DNA from: Actinomycetes bacterium
Lineage (GTDB): Bacteria > Bacillota > Sulfobacillia > Sulfobacillales > JAIMBI01
Length of the DNA stretch: 64,000 bases
Reading direction: 5' to 3'
Assembly: GCA_023565505.1 (NCBI GenBank)
Contig: JAIMBI010000009.1
Coordinates: 6,547-70,546, forward strand
Shown: piece by piece, positions 54,144 to 64,000 of the stretch
Position numbering within the stretch: position 1 is the first letter of the stretch
Layout: each line of letters begins with the position of its first letter
Translations under genes and position numbers: made by a program
Notes under the pieces: model-generated
Told to the model about the DNA's origin: nothing
The model's database searches: none
Seen by the model: the letters and a program-made list of their open reading frames with translations, nothing else

Positions 54144-54926
54144 CTACTGCCGGAGCTTGCGCAACTCCGGGATGAGGCGGTCGTTGAGGACCCGGATGTG
54201 CGTGCCCTTCATCCCGAGGGAGCGCGACTCGATGACCCCTGCGCTCTCGAACTTGCGGAGCGCGTTGACGATGACCGAGCGGGTAATGCCGACCCGGTCG
54301 GCGATCTTGGACGCCACCAGCAGTCCTTCCGGCCCGTCCAGCTCGTCGAAGATGTGCTGGACGGCCTCGAGCTCCGAATACGAGAGGGTCCCGATAGCCA
54401 CCTGGACGGCGGCCTTGCGCCGCGCCTCCTCCTCCATCTCCTCCGCCTTGGCGCGGAGCATCTCCATCGCCACCACGGTGGCGCCGTACTCGGCCAGCAG
54501 GAGGTCCTCCTCGCCGAACTGGCGACCAAACCGCGAGACCACGAGGGTCCCGAGGCGTTCGCCGGCTCCGTTGATGGGGATGAGCGTGGTGATCTTGTTC
54601 TCGTAGATGCACGCCCGGTCGTGGAAGAACACGCACCGGCGGGCCTCCTGGGAGATGTTGGGCGACGTCTCCTCGACCTTCAGCAGCCCGTTGTTGTAGG
54701 ACGCGGGAAACGCCTTGTGCGCCAGCACCTCCTGCAGCATGATGCTGCACTCGAACGAGTCCAGGAGCGCGTACCCGACGACCTCGCCGGTGCGGGTGAC
54801 GACGTAGATGTTGGCCTCGATGAGGTCCGACAGCATCCGCGCCATCTGCTCGAAATCCACCGACTGCCCCGCCGTCTTCTGCAGCAACCGGTTCAGGCGA
54901 CGCGTCTTCTCGAGCAGTTCCTGCAT
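54144..54926 (-). CDS. codY: GTP-sensing pleiotropic repressor CodY
   Basis: [17 protein letters not shown]..., and the C-terminal w[29 protein letters not shown]. Confidence 0.9.
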   Translation of the reverse strand: MQELLEKTRRLNRLLQKTAGQSVDFEQMARMLSDLIEANIYVVTRTGEVVGYALLDSFECSIMLQEVLAHKAFPASYNNGLLKVEETSPNISQEARRCVFFHDRACIYENKITTLIPINGAGERLGTLVVSRFGRQFGEEDLLLAEYGATVVAMEMLRAKAEEMEEEARRKAAVQVAIGTLSYSELEAVQHIFDELDGPEGLLVASKIADRVGITRSVIVNALRKFESAGVIESRSLGMKGTHIRVLNDRLIPELRKLRQ

Positions 54927-55002
54927 GCCGTTTCCCCTTCCCGTCGCTGACTGGCCCCCACGGCGGAATTATATCACAATATGCCCCGGACCTCGTAACA
55001 AT

Positions 55003-56400
55003 TCAGAGAATATATCGATTGACGTCAACCGCCTCGGCGACCGACTTCAGGCGTTCGTCGACATACCCCGCGGTGATGGTCACGGTCTGCCCCTTCAGGC
55101 TCGGCGCGTGGAAGCTCAGTTCCTCCAGCACGCGCTCGAGGATCGTGTGCAGGCGCCGTGCGCCGATGTTCTCCACCTCCTGGTTGACCCGCGCCGCGTA
55201 CTGCGCCATCCGCTCGATGGCTTCGGGGGTGAACTCCAGAGTCACGCCCTCGGTGGCCAGCAGCGCTTGGTACTGGGTGATGAGGGAATGATGGGGCTCG
55301 ACGAGGATGCGGACGAAATCGGCCTCCGTCAGGGGTTCGAGCTCCACCCGGATGGGAAACCGGCCCTGCAGCTCCGGGATGAGGTCCGATGGCTTCGAGA
55401 CGTGGAAGGCGCCGGCGGCGATGAACAGGATGTGGTCGGTGCGCACCGGGCCGTACTTGGTCATCACCGTGGACCCTTCCACGATGGGCAGGATGTCCCG
55501 CTGCACGCCCTCCCGGGACACGTCGGGTCCGATGGCGTTTCGGCTCGAGGCGATCTTGTCGAACTCGTCGATGAAGATGATGCCCTGCTGTTCGGCCCGG
55601 AAGATGGCCTCGGCCTGGGCGGCGTCGTTGTCGATGAGCTTCTGCGCCTCTTCCTGGGTCAGGACCTTGCGTGCCTCGGCGACCGTCATCCGCCGGCGCT
55701 TCGTGCGCCGCGGCAGCAGCCCCTGGAGCATCTCCCCGAGATGGCTCTGCATGTCGTCGGGCGTCCCGATGCCGACCACCGGGAGCGGCGGGGCCTGGTC
55801 CTCCACCTCCACCTCGACGATCTCGCGCTCCAGTTCGCCGCGTCTGAGCCGCTCCCGCATCGCCTGGCGGCGGGCTTCCGCCTGGGCCACGGCCTGGCGA
55901 TCGGGAGGCGGCTCCGGGGTCCGGCTGGGACCGCCGAACAACTGCTCGAACGGGTTGCGGAAGCCGGCGGCGGGCTTGGGCACGGGGGCCAGGGCGTCCA
56001 GGATCCGCTCCTCGGCCTGCCGCTCCGCCTGTTCCCGGACGTCCTGGACGCGTTCCTCCTTCACCATGCGCAGGCTGACTTCCACCAGATCCCGCACCAT
56101 GGTGTCGACGTCCCGGCCGACGTACCCGACCTCGGTGAACTTGGTCGCCTCGACCTTGACGAACGGCGCGCGCACCAGCCGGGCCAGGCGCCGCGCGATC
56201 TCCGTCTTGCCGACGCCGGTCGGCCCAATCATCAGAATGTTCTTAGGATAGACGTCCTCCTGTAGCGCCGGGTCCAGCTGGGCCCGACGCCAGCGGTGCC
56301 GGAGCGCGTTGGCCACGGCCCGCTTGGCGGCCGCCTGGCCAACGATGTAGCGGTCCAGTTCCGCGACGATCGCGGCCGGGGTGAGTTCTGCCTCGTCCAT
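55003..56400 (-). CDS. hslU: ATP-dependent protease ATPase subunit HslU
   Basis: [43 protein letters not shown], and [11 protein letters not shown]. Confidence 0.95.
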   Translation of the reverse strand: MDEAELTPAAIVAELDRYIVGQAAAKRAVANALRHRWRRAQLDPALQEDVYPKNILMIGPTGVGKTEIARRLARLVRAPFVKVEATKFTEVGYVGRDVDTMVRDLVEVSLRMVKEERVQDVREQAERQAEERILDALAPVPKPAAGFRNPFEQLFGGPSRTPEPPPDRQAVAQAEARRQAMRERLRRGELEREIVEVEVEDQAPPLPVVGIGTPDDMQSHLGEMLQGLLPRRTKRRRMTVAEARKVLTQEEAQKLIDNDAAQAEAIFRAEQQGIIFIDEFDKIASSRNAIGPDVSREGVQRDILPIVEGSTVMTKYGPVRTDHILFIAAGAFHVSKPSDLIPELQGRFPIRVELEPLTEADFVRILVEPHHSLITQYQALLATEGVTLEFTPEAIERMAQYAARVNQEVENIGARRLHTILERVLEELSFHAPSLKGQTVTITAGYVDERLKSVAEAVDVNRYIL

Positions 56401-56418
56401 CGGTCTGTCCCTCCCGGG

Positions 56419-56991
56419 CTACGCCTCCAGCGTCTCGATGGTCAGATGGTGATTGGTGAACACGCAGATGTCGGCGGCGATGTCGAGCGACCGGCGCACC
56501 AGTTCCTCCGGGTCGCCGTCGGGCCAGGCCTGAGCGAAAGCCCGACACGCCGCCAGCGCGTAGGCCCCGCCCGATCCGACGGCGGCGATGCCGTCGTCCG
56601 GTTCGATGACGTCGCCGGCGCCGGACAGAACCAGGAGCGTACTGCGGTCGGCGACCACCAGGAGCGCCTCGAGGCGGCCCAGGGTGCGGTCAGTGCGCCA
56701 GTCGCGGGAGAGCAGGACCGCGGCACGGGCGAGCTGACCCCGGGTTTCCTCGAGCTTGGCCTCGAAGCGCTCGAAGAGCGTCAGGGCGTCGGCTACCGCC
56801 CCGGCGAAGCCGGCCAGCACGGTGCCGTGGTACAGCCGCCGCACTTTACGGGCCGTGCTCTTCAGGATGGTCGCCTGGCTCAGGGTGACTTGTCCGTCGC
56901 CGCCGATGACCGCCTTGCCGCGCCGGATCATCCCCAGAATGGTCGTCCCGTGGATGCGGGTCGGCGACGGCGCGGGGGTGTGCATGGGCAT
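56419..56991 (-). CDS. hslV: ATP-dependent protease subunit HslV, with an N-terminal extension before the Thr-Thr active-site end
   Basis: ...[25 protein letters not shown]..., and [10 protein letters not shown]. The start is uncertain (57012, 56991 or 56985). Confidence 0.9.
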   Translation of the reverse strand: MPMHTPAPSPTRIHGTTILGMIRRGKAVIGGDGQVTLSQATILKSTARKVRRLYHGTVLAGFAGAVADALTLFERFEAKLEETRGQLARAAVLLSRDWRTDRTLGRLEALLVVADRSTLLVLSGAGDVIEPDDGIAAVGSGGAYALAACRAFAQAWPDGDPEELVRRSLDIAADICVFTNHHLTIETLEA

Positions 56992-57838
56992 AGATGGCCT
57001 CCAATCGTTCACGGGACACGTGGGTGTATACCTGGGTGGTGGCCAGGCGCCGGTGCCCCAGGAGCTCCTGGACGACGCGCAGATCCGCGCCGCCGTCGAG
57101 CAGGTCGGTGGCGAAGGCGTGCCGGAGCTTGTGGGGGCTGAAGGCCGGCGTGATGCCGGTCCGGCGCTCGGCCGCGGCGAGGATACGCCCCACGGCGCGG
57201 ACCGACAGGCGGGTGCCGCGCCGGTTGACGAACAGCGCCGCGGTGTCGGACCCGGCGAGGTGCGGGCGGCCTTCGGCCAGATAGCGGGCCAGGGCCGCCC
57301 GGGCCTTCTGCCCGAAGGGGACCACGCGTTCGCGGCCCCCTTTGCCTCGGACGCGGACGAGGCGCGCGTCCAGGTCGAGATCCGCCACGTCGATCCCCAC
57401 CGCCTCGGCGGCCCGCAGGCCGGCCCCGTACAGCAGCTCCAAGAGCGCCTGCTCGCGGAGGCGGAGGGGATCCGCGGGAGCCGGGCCGAACAGGCGCTCC
57501 ACCGCCGCCCGGGGCGGGACCCGGGGAAGCGGCGGACGGAAACGCGGCGCGACCAGAGCCTCCGCGGGATTGTCGGCCCGGCGGCCTTCCCGCTCGAGCC
57601 ATCGGTAGAACGAGCGGACCGCGGCCAGGCTGCGGGCCGCCGACCGGCGCGAGAGGCCGCGCGCCGCCAGCCCGGCGGCCCAGCGGCGGAGATCCGCGAC
57701 CCCGGCGGCCACGGGATCGCCCACCCCGGCCACCAACGCCTCCAGGTCGTGCCGATAGGCGCGGAGGGTGTGCGGCGAGGCGCCGCGCCCCACCCGCAGG
57801 TATTCCAGGAAGGCCTCCACCGGATCCGCTTCAGCCAT
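56846..57838 (-). CDS. xerC: Tyrosine recombinase XerC/CodV. The ORF extends ~45 codons past the usual C-terminus into hslV.
   Basis: The N-terminal SAM-like domain ([23 protein letters not shown]) is present, along with the catalytic residues R...HKLRHAFAT...[16 protein letters not shown]. Confidence 0.85.
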   Translation of the reverse strand: MAEADPVEAFLEYLRVGRGASPHTLRAYRHDLEALVAGVGDPVAAGVADLRRWAAGLAARGLSRRSAARSLAAVRSFYRWLEREGRRADNPAEALVAPRFRPPLPRVPPRAAVERLFGPAPADPLRLREQALLELLYGAGLRAAEAVGIDVADLDLDARLVRVRGKGGRERVVPFGQKARAALARYLAEGRPHLAGSDTAALFVNRRGTRLSVRAVGRILAAAERRTGITPAFSPHKLRHAFATDLLDGGADLRVVQELLGHRRLATTQVYTHVSRERLEAIYAHAHPRAVADPHPRDDHSGDDPARQGGHRRRRTSHPEPGDHPEEHGP

Positions 57839-57862
57839 GTCGTCGCGACCTTCCCGTCGGGT

Positions 57863-59926
57863 CTACTGGGCCCGTTGCTCCTCGTAGCCGCAACCCTCGC
57901 GGACGCATGTCAGCGCCTCCTGACCCCCCCGGCGGCGGACCGCCAGGAACGCCCCACAGCGGGGACAGGTCTTGTCGCTCGGCCGGTACCAGGTGACGAA
58001 GCGGCAGGCAGGATATCCGCTGCAGCCGTAGAAGATCCGGCCCTTCCGGCTCCGCCGGACAACGACCGGCTTGCCGCACACCGGGCAGGCGGCGCCCGTC
58101 TTCTCCAGATAGGGGCGGGTGTGCTGGCACTCGGGGTACCCCGAGCAGGCCAGGAACCGTCCGAACCGCCCGTGTTTGACCACCATCGGCCGGCCGCACA
58201 CCTCGCAGACCTCGTCCGTGACCTCCGTCGGCAGTTCCACCGGGCCGGCGGCGGCCTCGGCCTGGTGGAGGTCCCGCGCGAAGTCGCGGTAGAAACGGGC
58301 CAGCACCTCGCGCCAGGGCTGCTCGCCGGCCTCGATGCGGTCGAGCTGCTCCTCCATCTCCGCCGTGAACTTCACGTCCACGATATGCGGGAAGAACTCC
58401 TTCAAGAGGGCCACCACCACGTGGCCCAGCTCGGTGGGCACCAGCCGCCGCTCCTCGCGCCGCACGTAGTCGCGCGCCAACAGCGTATCGATGATGGGCG
58501 CGTACGTGCTCGGCCGCCCGATGCCCAGCTCCTCGAGCGTCTTGACCAGGGAGGCCTCGGTGTACCGCGGCGGCGGCTCGGTGAAGTGCTGCGTGGCCCG
58601 GAGATCCACCAGGGACACGGCGTCCCCGGTCGGCCAGAGCGGGAGCGGAGCCTCCGGGGCGTCGTCGTCGGTGTCGGCGTACAGCGTGGTATACCCGGGG
58701 AACTTGAGCTGCTGGCCGTGGGCCCGGAACAGGTGGGCACCGGCGTGGATCTCCACCGTCACCGTGTCATAGACTGCCGGGGCCATCAGACTCGCCACAA
58801 ACCGCTCCCAGATGAGCCGGTACAGGCGGTACTGGTCCCGGGTCAGGGCATTTTTGAGCTTGTCGGGATGGCGGGCCACGGAGGTCGGCCGGATGGCCTC
58901 GTGCGCCCCCTGGACCCCCGGCCGCTCCTTGACCCGCCGCGGCGCGCCCACATAGTCCGCGCCGTACACCTCGCGGATGTACCCCCGTCCTTCCTCCTCG
59001 GCCGTGGCCGCTACCCGGGCGGAGTCGGTGCGGATGTAGGTCACCAGCCCCACCGTGCCCTCCCCCGGCACTTCGAGGCCCTCGTACAGCTGCTGGGCGA
59101 TCTGCATCGTCCGCTTGACCGTGAGCCCCAAGCGGCGGGAGGCCTCCTGCTGCAGCGTGGAGGTCGTGAAGGCCGGCGGGGCGTGGCGGCGCCGCTCGCG
59201 CTGCCGCACGCTGCCCACCGTCCACGGCCCCGGGCGCACGTCCGCCTCCAGGGCTTCCCGCCGGTCGGGCGGGATGCGGCCCTTGTCGCCCCAGGGTCCG
59301 ACGTACTGCGCGACGAGCCGCTCCCCGCCGCGCTCCACCTCGGCCTCGAGCGTGTAGTACTCTTCCCGGACGAAGCGGCGGATCTCCTCTTCGCGTTCGA
59401 CCAGGAGCCGGAGCGCGGTGGACTGCACCCGGCCGGCCGACAGGCCCGGGCGCACCTTGCGCCAGAGGAGCGGGCTCAGTTGGTAGCCGACCACGCGGTC
59501 GAGGATGCGCCGCGCCTGCTGGGCGTCGATGAGGCCCTGGGCCAGCGGACGCCACTGCTTCATCGCCCGCTGGACGGCTTCCTTCGTGATCTCGTGGATC
59601 TCGACGCGCCGGACCCGGTCGCGGTCGAGGCCGAGCACTTCCGCCAGATGCCAGGAGATGGCCTCGCCTTCGCGATCGGGGTCGGTGGCCAGGTACACCT
59701 GGTCCGCCTTGCGGGCGGCGTCCCGGAGTCCCTTCACGATCTGACCCTTACCCCGGATGGTGATGTACTTGGGTTCGAAGCCGTGCTCCACGTCGACCCC
59801 GAACTGGCTCTTTGGCAGGTCCCGGACGTGGCCCATGGACGGCATCACCTGGTAGCGCTTGCCGAGAAACCGGCTGATGGTACGGGCCTTGGCAGGCGAT
59901 TCCACGATGATGAGCGGCTTCGACAA
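57863..59926 (-). CDS. topA: DNA topoisomerase I
   Basis: The Toprim motif is [10 protein letters not shown]. There is an active-site Tyr region and three C-terminal CxxC...CxxC zinc ribbons. Confidence 0.95.
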   Translation of the reverse strand: MSKPLIIVESPAKARTISRFLGKRYQVMPSMGHVRDLPKSQFGVDVEHGFEPKYITIRGKGQIVKGLRDAARKADQVYLATDPDREGEAISWHLAEVLGLDRDRVRRVEIHEITKEAVQRAMKQWRPLAQGLIDAQQARRILDRVVGYQLSPLLWRKVRPGLSAGRVQSTALRLLVEREEEIRRFVREEYYTLEAEVERGGERLVAQYVGPWGDKGRIPPDRREALEADVRPGPWTVGSVRQRERRRHAPPAFTTSTLQQEASRRLGLTVKRTMQIAQQLYEGLEVPGEGTVGLVTYIRTDSARVAATAEEEGRGYIREVYGADYVGAPRRVKERPGVQGAHEAIRPTSVARHPDKLKNALTRDQYRLYRLIWERFVASLMAPAVYDTVTVEIHAGAHLFRAHGQQLKFPGYTTLYADTDDDAPEAPLPLWPTGDAVSLVDLRATQHFTEPPPRYTEASLVKTLEELGIGRPSTYAPIIDTLLARDYVRREERRLVPTELGHVVVALLKEFFPHIVDVKFTAEMEEQLDRIEAGEQPWREVLARFYRDFARDLHQAEAAAGPVELPTEVTDEVCEVCGRPMVVKHGRFGRFLACSGYPECQHTRPYLEKTGAACPVCGKPVVVRRSRKGRIFYGCSGYPACRFVTWYRPSDKTCPRCGAFLAVRRRGGQEALTCVREGCGYEEQRAQ

Positions 59927-60149
59927 CCCTCGTTCCCCCTTGCTGGTCGCCTTATTATAGCAAAGCCCCTTTTGCCAGATTCTTCTTCCCCCGGCAGCGG
60001 TCCCCTCAGCGCGCGTGCCACGGTCCGACTCCGAGCGTTCCGACCCTTGTCTTCGGAGATGTCGCCGAACGGGTCCTGTCGAGCGGTGACAACCGGTGGC
60101 GCGCCTCGTAAGATGGACGCGTTAGTCCAAGCTTGGTTGGCCACTAAAA

Positions 60150-60285
60150 ATCCACGACGCTCGGCCGAATCGCGCCCGTCGCGTACGGGGGAGTCCAGCT
60201 CGGCTGCGGTGAATCCGGACGCTGTCCGGTAGGGCCTTATTCCTTCGCCCGAACCATCATGCTAACCCCGGAGGCCTCAGGAAGG
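60150..60285 (+). ncRNA. c-di-AMP riboswitch (ydaO/yuaA motif) in the 5' leader of the LysM/NlpC-P60 gene
   Basis: Conserved blocks appear in the expected order: CCGAAUC-hairpin-ACGGGGGAGUCCA (60164-60197), GCGGUGAAUCC (60206-60216), GGUAGGGC (60228-60235), and CCCGAACCAUCAUGCUAACCCCGGAGGC (60248-60275). It ends right at the RBS GGAAGGAAGGG. Confidence 0.7.
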
Positions 60286-60302
60286 AAGGGAACCTCTCGC
60301 GC

Positions 60303-61346
60303 ATGTCGACACGTCCATGGGCGGCCGCCGTCGGATTGGCCGGCGGGGCGCTGCTCTGGGGGCCGGCGGCCCATGCCCAGACGCCGATGTACCAGATTCG
60401 CCCCCGCGACACCCTCGACGCCATCGCGAACCGCTTTCACGTCTCCGTCGCCGACTTGGTCGCTTGGAACCATCTCGCCGACCCGAACCGCATCGAGACC
60501 GGGGCCTGGCTGGTGGTCGGCCCGCCCGATCCCGCGCCGGCGGCGCCGACCGGACCCTCCCGCTACGTCGTCCAGCCGGGCGACACGCTAAGCGCCATCG
60601 CCGCCCGCTTCGGGACGACGGTGGCCGCCCTGGCCGCCGCGAACCACCTCGCCGACCCGAATCTCATCCTTGCGGGCCAAGTGCTGACCGTTCCCGGGCC
60701 CGCGGCGGTGTCGGCGGCGGCCGCCGCGCCCGCGGCGACCACCACGTCCGCCACGTACGTCGTGCAGCCGGGCGACACGCTAAGCGCCATCGCCGCCCGC
60801 TTCGGGACGACGGTGGCCGCCCTGGCCGCCGCGAACGGGCTGGCGAATCCCAACCGGATCCTGGTCGGACAGACGCTCCGCGTGCCCGCCGCGCCCGCGC
60901 CTGGGGCGCTGGCCACGGCGTCGGCGTCCGCCGCGCCGGCTCCGGCCGCGCCGGACGTCTCCCTCGGGCAGGCCGTGACGCGGCTCGCGCTGGAGGAGAT
61001 CGGGGCGCCTTACGCGTGGGGCGGGTCCACCCCGTCCGGCTTCGACTGCTCGGGCCTGGTCCAGTGGGTGTTCGCCCAATACGGGGTGGACCTGCCGCGG
61101 ACGAGCTGGGCCCAGTTCGATGTCGGAACGCCGGTGTCCTGGAACAATCTGGAACCGGGAGACCTGGTGTTCTTCTCCACCTATGCCCCGGGGGCGTCGC
61201 ACGTCGGCATCTACGTGGGCGCGGACGGGCCCTACGCCCGGGCCTTCGTCGCCGCCGACAATCCCGCCACGGGCGTGATTCTCAACAACCTCGACGGGGC
61301 CTATTGGCGCGCCCGGTTCGTGGGCGCCCGCCGCGTCGCGCCCTGA
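60303..61346 (+). CDS. Secreted peptidoglycan hydrolase: signal peptide, three LysM domains, C-terminal NlpC/P60 domain
   Basis: There are 3x Y.V.PGDTL..IA.RF...V..L...N.L. The P60 catalytic motif is GFDCSGLV, followed by ...SHVGIYVG. Confidence 0.9.
   Translation: MSTRPWAAAVGLAGGALLWGPAAHAQTPMYQIRPRDTLDAIANRFHVSVADLVAWNHLADPNRIETGAWLVVGPPDPAPAAPTGPSRYVVQPGDTLSAIAARFGTTVAALAAANHLADPNLILAGQVLTVPGPAAVSAAAAAPAATTTSATYVVQPGDTLSAIAARFGTTVAALAAANGLANPNRILVGQTLRVPAAPAPGALATASASAAPAPAAPDVSLGQAVTRLALEEIGAPYAWGGSTPSGFDCSGLVQWVFAQYGVDLPRTSWAQFDVGTPVSWNNLEPGDLVFFSTYAPGASHVGIYVGADGPYARAFVAADNPATGVILNNLDGAYWRARFVGARRVAP
60564..60836 (+). repeat. Intragenic direct repeat: 81 nt at 60564-60644 repeated at 60756-60836 with one mismatch
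   Basis: The 72-nt core CAGCCGGGCGACACGCTAAGCGCCATCGCC...GCCGCCGCGAAC is identical in both copies. The offset is 192 nt (64 codons) and each copy encodes one LysM module (modules 2 and 3). Confidence 0.85.
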
Positions 61347-61999
61347 ACCTCCGGCGGGGAGTCGGCGGCGGCCGGCTCCCCGTCCCGGCCCCGGGCGAGG
61401 AACGTCCGCCGGTGCGCCGGCGTGGGCCCGTGACGCGCCAGCGCCGCCCAATGGGCGGCCGTGGCGTACCCCTTGTGGCGGTCGAAGCCGTAGGCCGGAT
61501 AAACGGCGTGCAGCGCCTCCATGTACCGGTCCCGCAGCACCTTGGCCACCACCGACGCGGCCGCGACCGACGCCGAGCGGGCGTCGCCCTCCACCAGGGC
61601 CTCGACGGGCACCGACAGCCGCAAGGACACCGCATCGGTCAGCACCCAGTCCGGGGCGACGGGCAACGCCGCGACGGCCCGCTCCATCGCCAGGGCGGAC
61701 GCGCGCAGGATGTTCAGCCGCTCGATGGTCCGCGGCCCGGCGGCGCCCACGCCGATGAGCGCCCCTCCGTCCAGCAGCCGGCGGTAGAGGGCGAGACGTT
61801 GGCGGGGCGTCAGGGTCTTGGAGTCGTCCAGACCGCAGAACGTCCCCCCCGGCGGCAGGATTACCGCCGCCGCCACCACCGGGCCGGCGAGCGGCCCGCG
61901 CCCGACCTCGTCCACCCCGGCCACCCGGACGCCCTGCGCCCAGAAGTACCGTTCCCGGGCCGTGAGAGCTTCCCACCGAGCGCGATCCCGTTCATTCAC
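61301..61999 (-). CDS. rnhB: Ribonuclease HII
   Basis: AGVDEVGRGPLAGPVVAAAV, DDSKTLT, and ASVVAK. The 3' end overlaps the convergent P60 gene by 46 nt. Confidence 0.9.
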   Translation of the reverse strand: MNERDRARWEALTARERYFWAQGVRVAGVDEVGRGPLAGPVVAAAVILPPGGTFCGLDDSKTLTPRQRLALYRRLLDGGALIGVGAAGPRTIERLNILRASALAMERAVAALPVAPDWVLTDAVSLRLSVPVEALVEGDARSASVAAASVVAKVLRDRYMEALHAVYPAYGFDRHKGYATAAHWAALARHGPTPAHRRTFLARGRDGEPAAADSPPEVQGATRRAPTNRARQ

Positions 62000-62804
62000 C
62001 GGGCGGCCACTCCAGGGTGAGGCGCCCGAGTCGGCCTTGCTGGAACGCCGCGATGACCGCCTCGGCGGCGCGTTGCCGGTCCACGCCGCCGCCTCGCCCG
62101 ATGATGCCCCGCATATGGCCGAACCGGTCCAGCGGGTCGTCGCCTCCCGAGGCGGCCTCGCCGCCGGTGACCGGAGAGGATTGGGTCGGATCCGGCGGTG
62201 TCCCGCCGAGGGCCTGAAGGAGCCGCAGGGCGAGGTCTTCAGCCTCGGACGGGTCGAAGCCGACGGCCCCGAGGACCTTGAGCCGCCAGTCCCGTTCCTG
62301 CGCCCGGGCCAGGACCCCGGGCAAGTCGAGCCACTCCCACCGGCCGCGACGGACCCATTGGGGTCCCCGCGTCACGCCCGGCCGGTTGGCCGTCCGCAGG
62401 TGGGCTCGGCCCAAGAGGTGGTTCAGGAGGGTGGACTTGCCCAGGTTGGGCAGGCCCACCACGGCGGCGCGGCGGACGGTCGTCGGCCGCGCCGCGGTCT
62501 CGAGCCGCCGCAACAGCCGCGCGGCCTCCTCCGGGCGCGTGGCGGTGAGGGGCACGGCCACCTCTCCCCGGGCGTCGAAATAGCGCGTCCAGGCGTGGGT
62601 GGCCGCCGGGTCGGCGAGGTCGGCCTTGTTGAGCACCAGCACCACCGGACATGTCCCCATCCACGTCCGCATGCGCTCGTAACGGGTCAGAAGCGGCGCT
62701 CGCGCGTCGACCACCTCGATGATGACGGACAGGTACCGGACCACCCGGCGGATGGTCTCCGCCGTGTGGGCCATGTGCCCCGCCCGCCAGTCGGAGCGGC
62801 TCAT
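61992..62804 (-). CDS. rbgA: Ribosome biogenesis GTPase A (YlqF/RbgA), circularly permuted G motifs
   Basis: VVDARAP, LNKADL, and then GLPNLGKSTLLN. Confidence 0.9.
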   Translation of the reverse strand: MSRSDWRAGHMAHTAETIRRVVRYLSVIIEVVDARAPLLTRYERMRTWMGTCPVVLVLNKADLADPAATHAWTRYFDARGEVAVPLTATRPEEAARLLRRLETAARPTTVRRAAVVGLPNLGKSTLLNHLLGRAHLRTANRPGVTRGPQWVRRGRWEWLDLPGVLARAQERDWRLKVLGAVGFDPSEAEDLALRLLQALGGTPPDPTQSSPVTGGEAASGGDDPLDRFGHMRGIIGRGGGVDRQRAAEAVIAAFQQGRLGRLTLEWPPGE

Positions 62805-62805
62805 G

Positions 62806-63333
62806 CTAGAGCGGGTGGAAGTCGCCGAACGGCCACCACACGACGAAGGCCTCGCCGCGGACGGCCGATTCCTTCAGGAACCCGAAGTAACGGCTATCGT
62901 AGCTGTCGGGGCGGTTGTCGCCCAGCACGAAGAGGGAACCCGCCGGTACGCGCCGCGGGCCGTAGTTGTAGGCGTAGTTGCGACGGAGGTAGGGCTCGTC
63001 CAGCTTCCGGCCGTCGAGGTAGACCTGGCCCTGCCGGATGCTGACGACCTCCCCGGGCGTGGCGATGACCCGCTTGATCCAGTCCTCGCCGGGGATGACG
63101 GGCGAGCGGAACACCACGATCTGCCCCGTCCGGGGAGGCTCGAACAGGTACGCCAGCTTGAAGACCAGCACTCGTTGGCCGTTCAGCAGGGTCGGGTACA
63201 TCGACGATCCGGACACCTGGAACGACTCCACGACGAACGTCCGGAGCAAGAATGCCAGCACGAGCGCGAGCAGGATGGTCTCCGCCGCCTCGAGCCAGGC
63301 GGGCCGCGTCTTGCGGCGCGCCGGTGTCGTCAA
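62806..63333 (-). CDS. lepB: Signal peptidase I
   Basis: SGSSMYPTL, and GDNRPDSYDSRYFG. Confidence 0.9.
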   Translation of the reverse strand: MTTPARRKTRPAWLEAAETILLALVLAFLLRTFVVESFQVSGSSMYPTLLNGQRVLVFKLAYLFEPPRTGQIVVFRSPVIPGEDWIKRVIATPGEVVSIRQGQVYLDGRKLDEPYLRRNYAYNYGPRRVPAGSLFVLGDNRPDSYDSRYFGFLKESAVRGEAFVVWWPFGDFHPL

Positions 63334-63380
63334 CGGCCCACCTCCCCGGCCAAGCCTCCCCGTTGCTGGGCGGCCGGGGA

Positions 63381-63722
63381 TCAGCGGCGCTCCTTGATCC
63401 GGGCGGCCTTGCCCCGCAGGTTGCGGAGGTAGTACAGCTTCGCGCGCCGCACCTTCCCCCGCCGAAGCACCTCGATCTTCTCGATCCGGGGCGAGTGGAT
63501 GAAGAACGTGCGCTCCACGCCCACGCCGTACGACACGCGCCGGACGGTCATGGTCTCGTTGACGCCACCCGACTTGCGGGCGATGACGACGCCTTCGAAG
63601 GGTTGCACGCGCTCCCGGTTGCCCTCGCGGATGCGGACGTGCACGCGGACCGTGTCGCCCGGGCGGAAATCCGGCAGATCCGACCGGAGCTGCTCCTGTT
63701 CCAAGAGACGAATCAAATCCAC
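63381..63722 (-). CDS. rplS: 50S ribosomal protein L19
   Basis: Full-length match to the L19 pattern ([30 protein letters not shown]...). Confidence 0.95.
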   Translation of the reverse strand: MDLIRLLEQEQLRSDLPDFRPGDTVRVHVRIREGNRERVQPFEGVVIARKSGGVNETMTVRRVSYGVGVERTFFIHSPRIEKIEVLRRGKVRRAKLYYLRNLRGKAARIKERR

Positions 63723-63774
63723 CGCGCTCTGCCTCCTAAGTCCCGGTCAGTATAGCATGCGGGCGCGTTGCCAG

Positions 63775-64000
63775 TCAATCGCCGCGGTCCTCCTCCGCCC
63801 CCGGGGCCGTCACGGCGGGAGCCGCCGCACCGGCCGCGGGCGTGCCGAACCACTCCGGCCGCAGGCGCCGCGCCTTGGCCTCGGCCTGCTCCCGGCGCCA
63901 CGCGGCGATGCGGGCGTGGTGCCCGGACCGCAGCACGTCGGGCACCGCCAGACCGCGGTACACCAACGGGCGGGTGTACTGCGGCCCTTCGAGCCAGCGG
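63775..64000 (-). CDS. trmD: tRNA (guanine37-N1)-methyltransferase TrmD, 3' end only (continues beyond the window)
   Basis: [36 protein letters not shown]. The frame is open to the window edge. Confidence 0.9.
   Translation of the reverse strand, partial: RWLEGPQYTRPLVYRGLAVPDVLRSGHHARIAAWRREQAEAKARRLRPEWFGTPAAGAAAPAVTAPGAEEDRGD

Noticed and set aside
54997-55013. CodY-box-like sequence ACAATTCAGAGAATA between hslU and codY
   Set aside because: It matches the AATTTTCWGAAAATT consensus at only about 10 of 15 positions and overlaps the hslU stop codon, which is too weak. An extended -10 (TGATATAAT, minus strand, ~54977-54969) is nearby but has no convincing -35.
56756-60232. 1158-codon ORF on the plus strand
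   Set aside because: It is antisense to hslV, xerC and topA, all of which have unmistakable motifs. Its composition is low complexity.
1-64000. CRISPR arrays, tRNA, rRNA, IS elements with terminal inverted repeats
   Set aside because: I noticed no regularly spaced direct repeats, cloverleaf-like segments, rRNA-like conserved blocks or transposase ORFs. A manual scan of 64 kb cannot be exhaustive, so tRNAscan/Infernal should confirm this.

Overview
The window has two parts. Positions 1 to ~8295 have visibly lower G+C (judged by eye, not computed). All ORFs there are on the + strand, tightly packed, and phage-like: a RecB/Cas4-type nuclease, a RuvC-like resolvase, a RecA-like ATPase, two DnaJ-type zinc-finger mini-proteins, a divergent ThyX, a DUF1599-like protein, a sigma-region-4 HTH protein, and a large serine recombinase at the right edge. 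The rest is very GC-rich chromosome with Bacillus-type gene order: spoVK'-GTPase...ynbB-lexA, and codY-hslU-hslV-xerC-topA plus rnhB-rbgA-lepB-rplS-trmD on the minus strand. This points to a high-GC, probably spore-forming Firmicutes-like organism.

The main observation is that the phage-like element ends inside spoVK. Only the C-terminal third of this sporulation AAA+ ATPase is present (about 8278-8706), directly next to the serine recombinase. The recombinase ORF has no stop codon of its own and reads on into host DNA. This resembles the skin/SPbeta class of sporulation-gene-intervening elements.

Other notable items:
- a ydaO-type c-di-AMP riboswitch in front of a LysM/NlpC-P60 hydrolase
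- a near-consensus Gram-positive SOS box in the promoter of a radical-SAM (SplB/COG1533-like) gene, while lexA itself shows no such box
- a perfect 26-bp nested palindrome between a LacI-controlled sugar ABC operon and an amidohydrolase gene
- an MFS gene broken by a G8 homopolymer
- a decayed SDR gene
- a paralogous ORF pair with one dead copy
- a non-classical sdhA-sdhB-CCG-subunit operon
- a fused glcD-glcE ORF

No rRNA, tRNA or CRISPR array was recognised. Many long ORFs in the track are antisense or out-of-frame artefacts of the high G+C and were not called.
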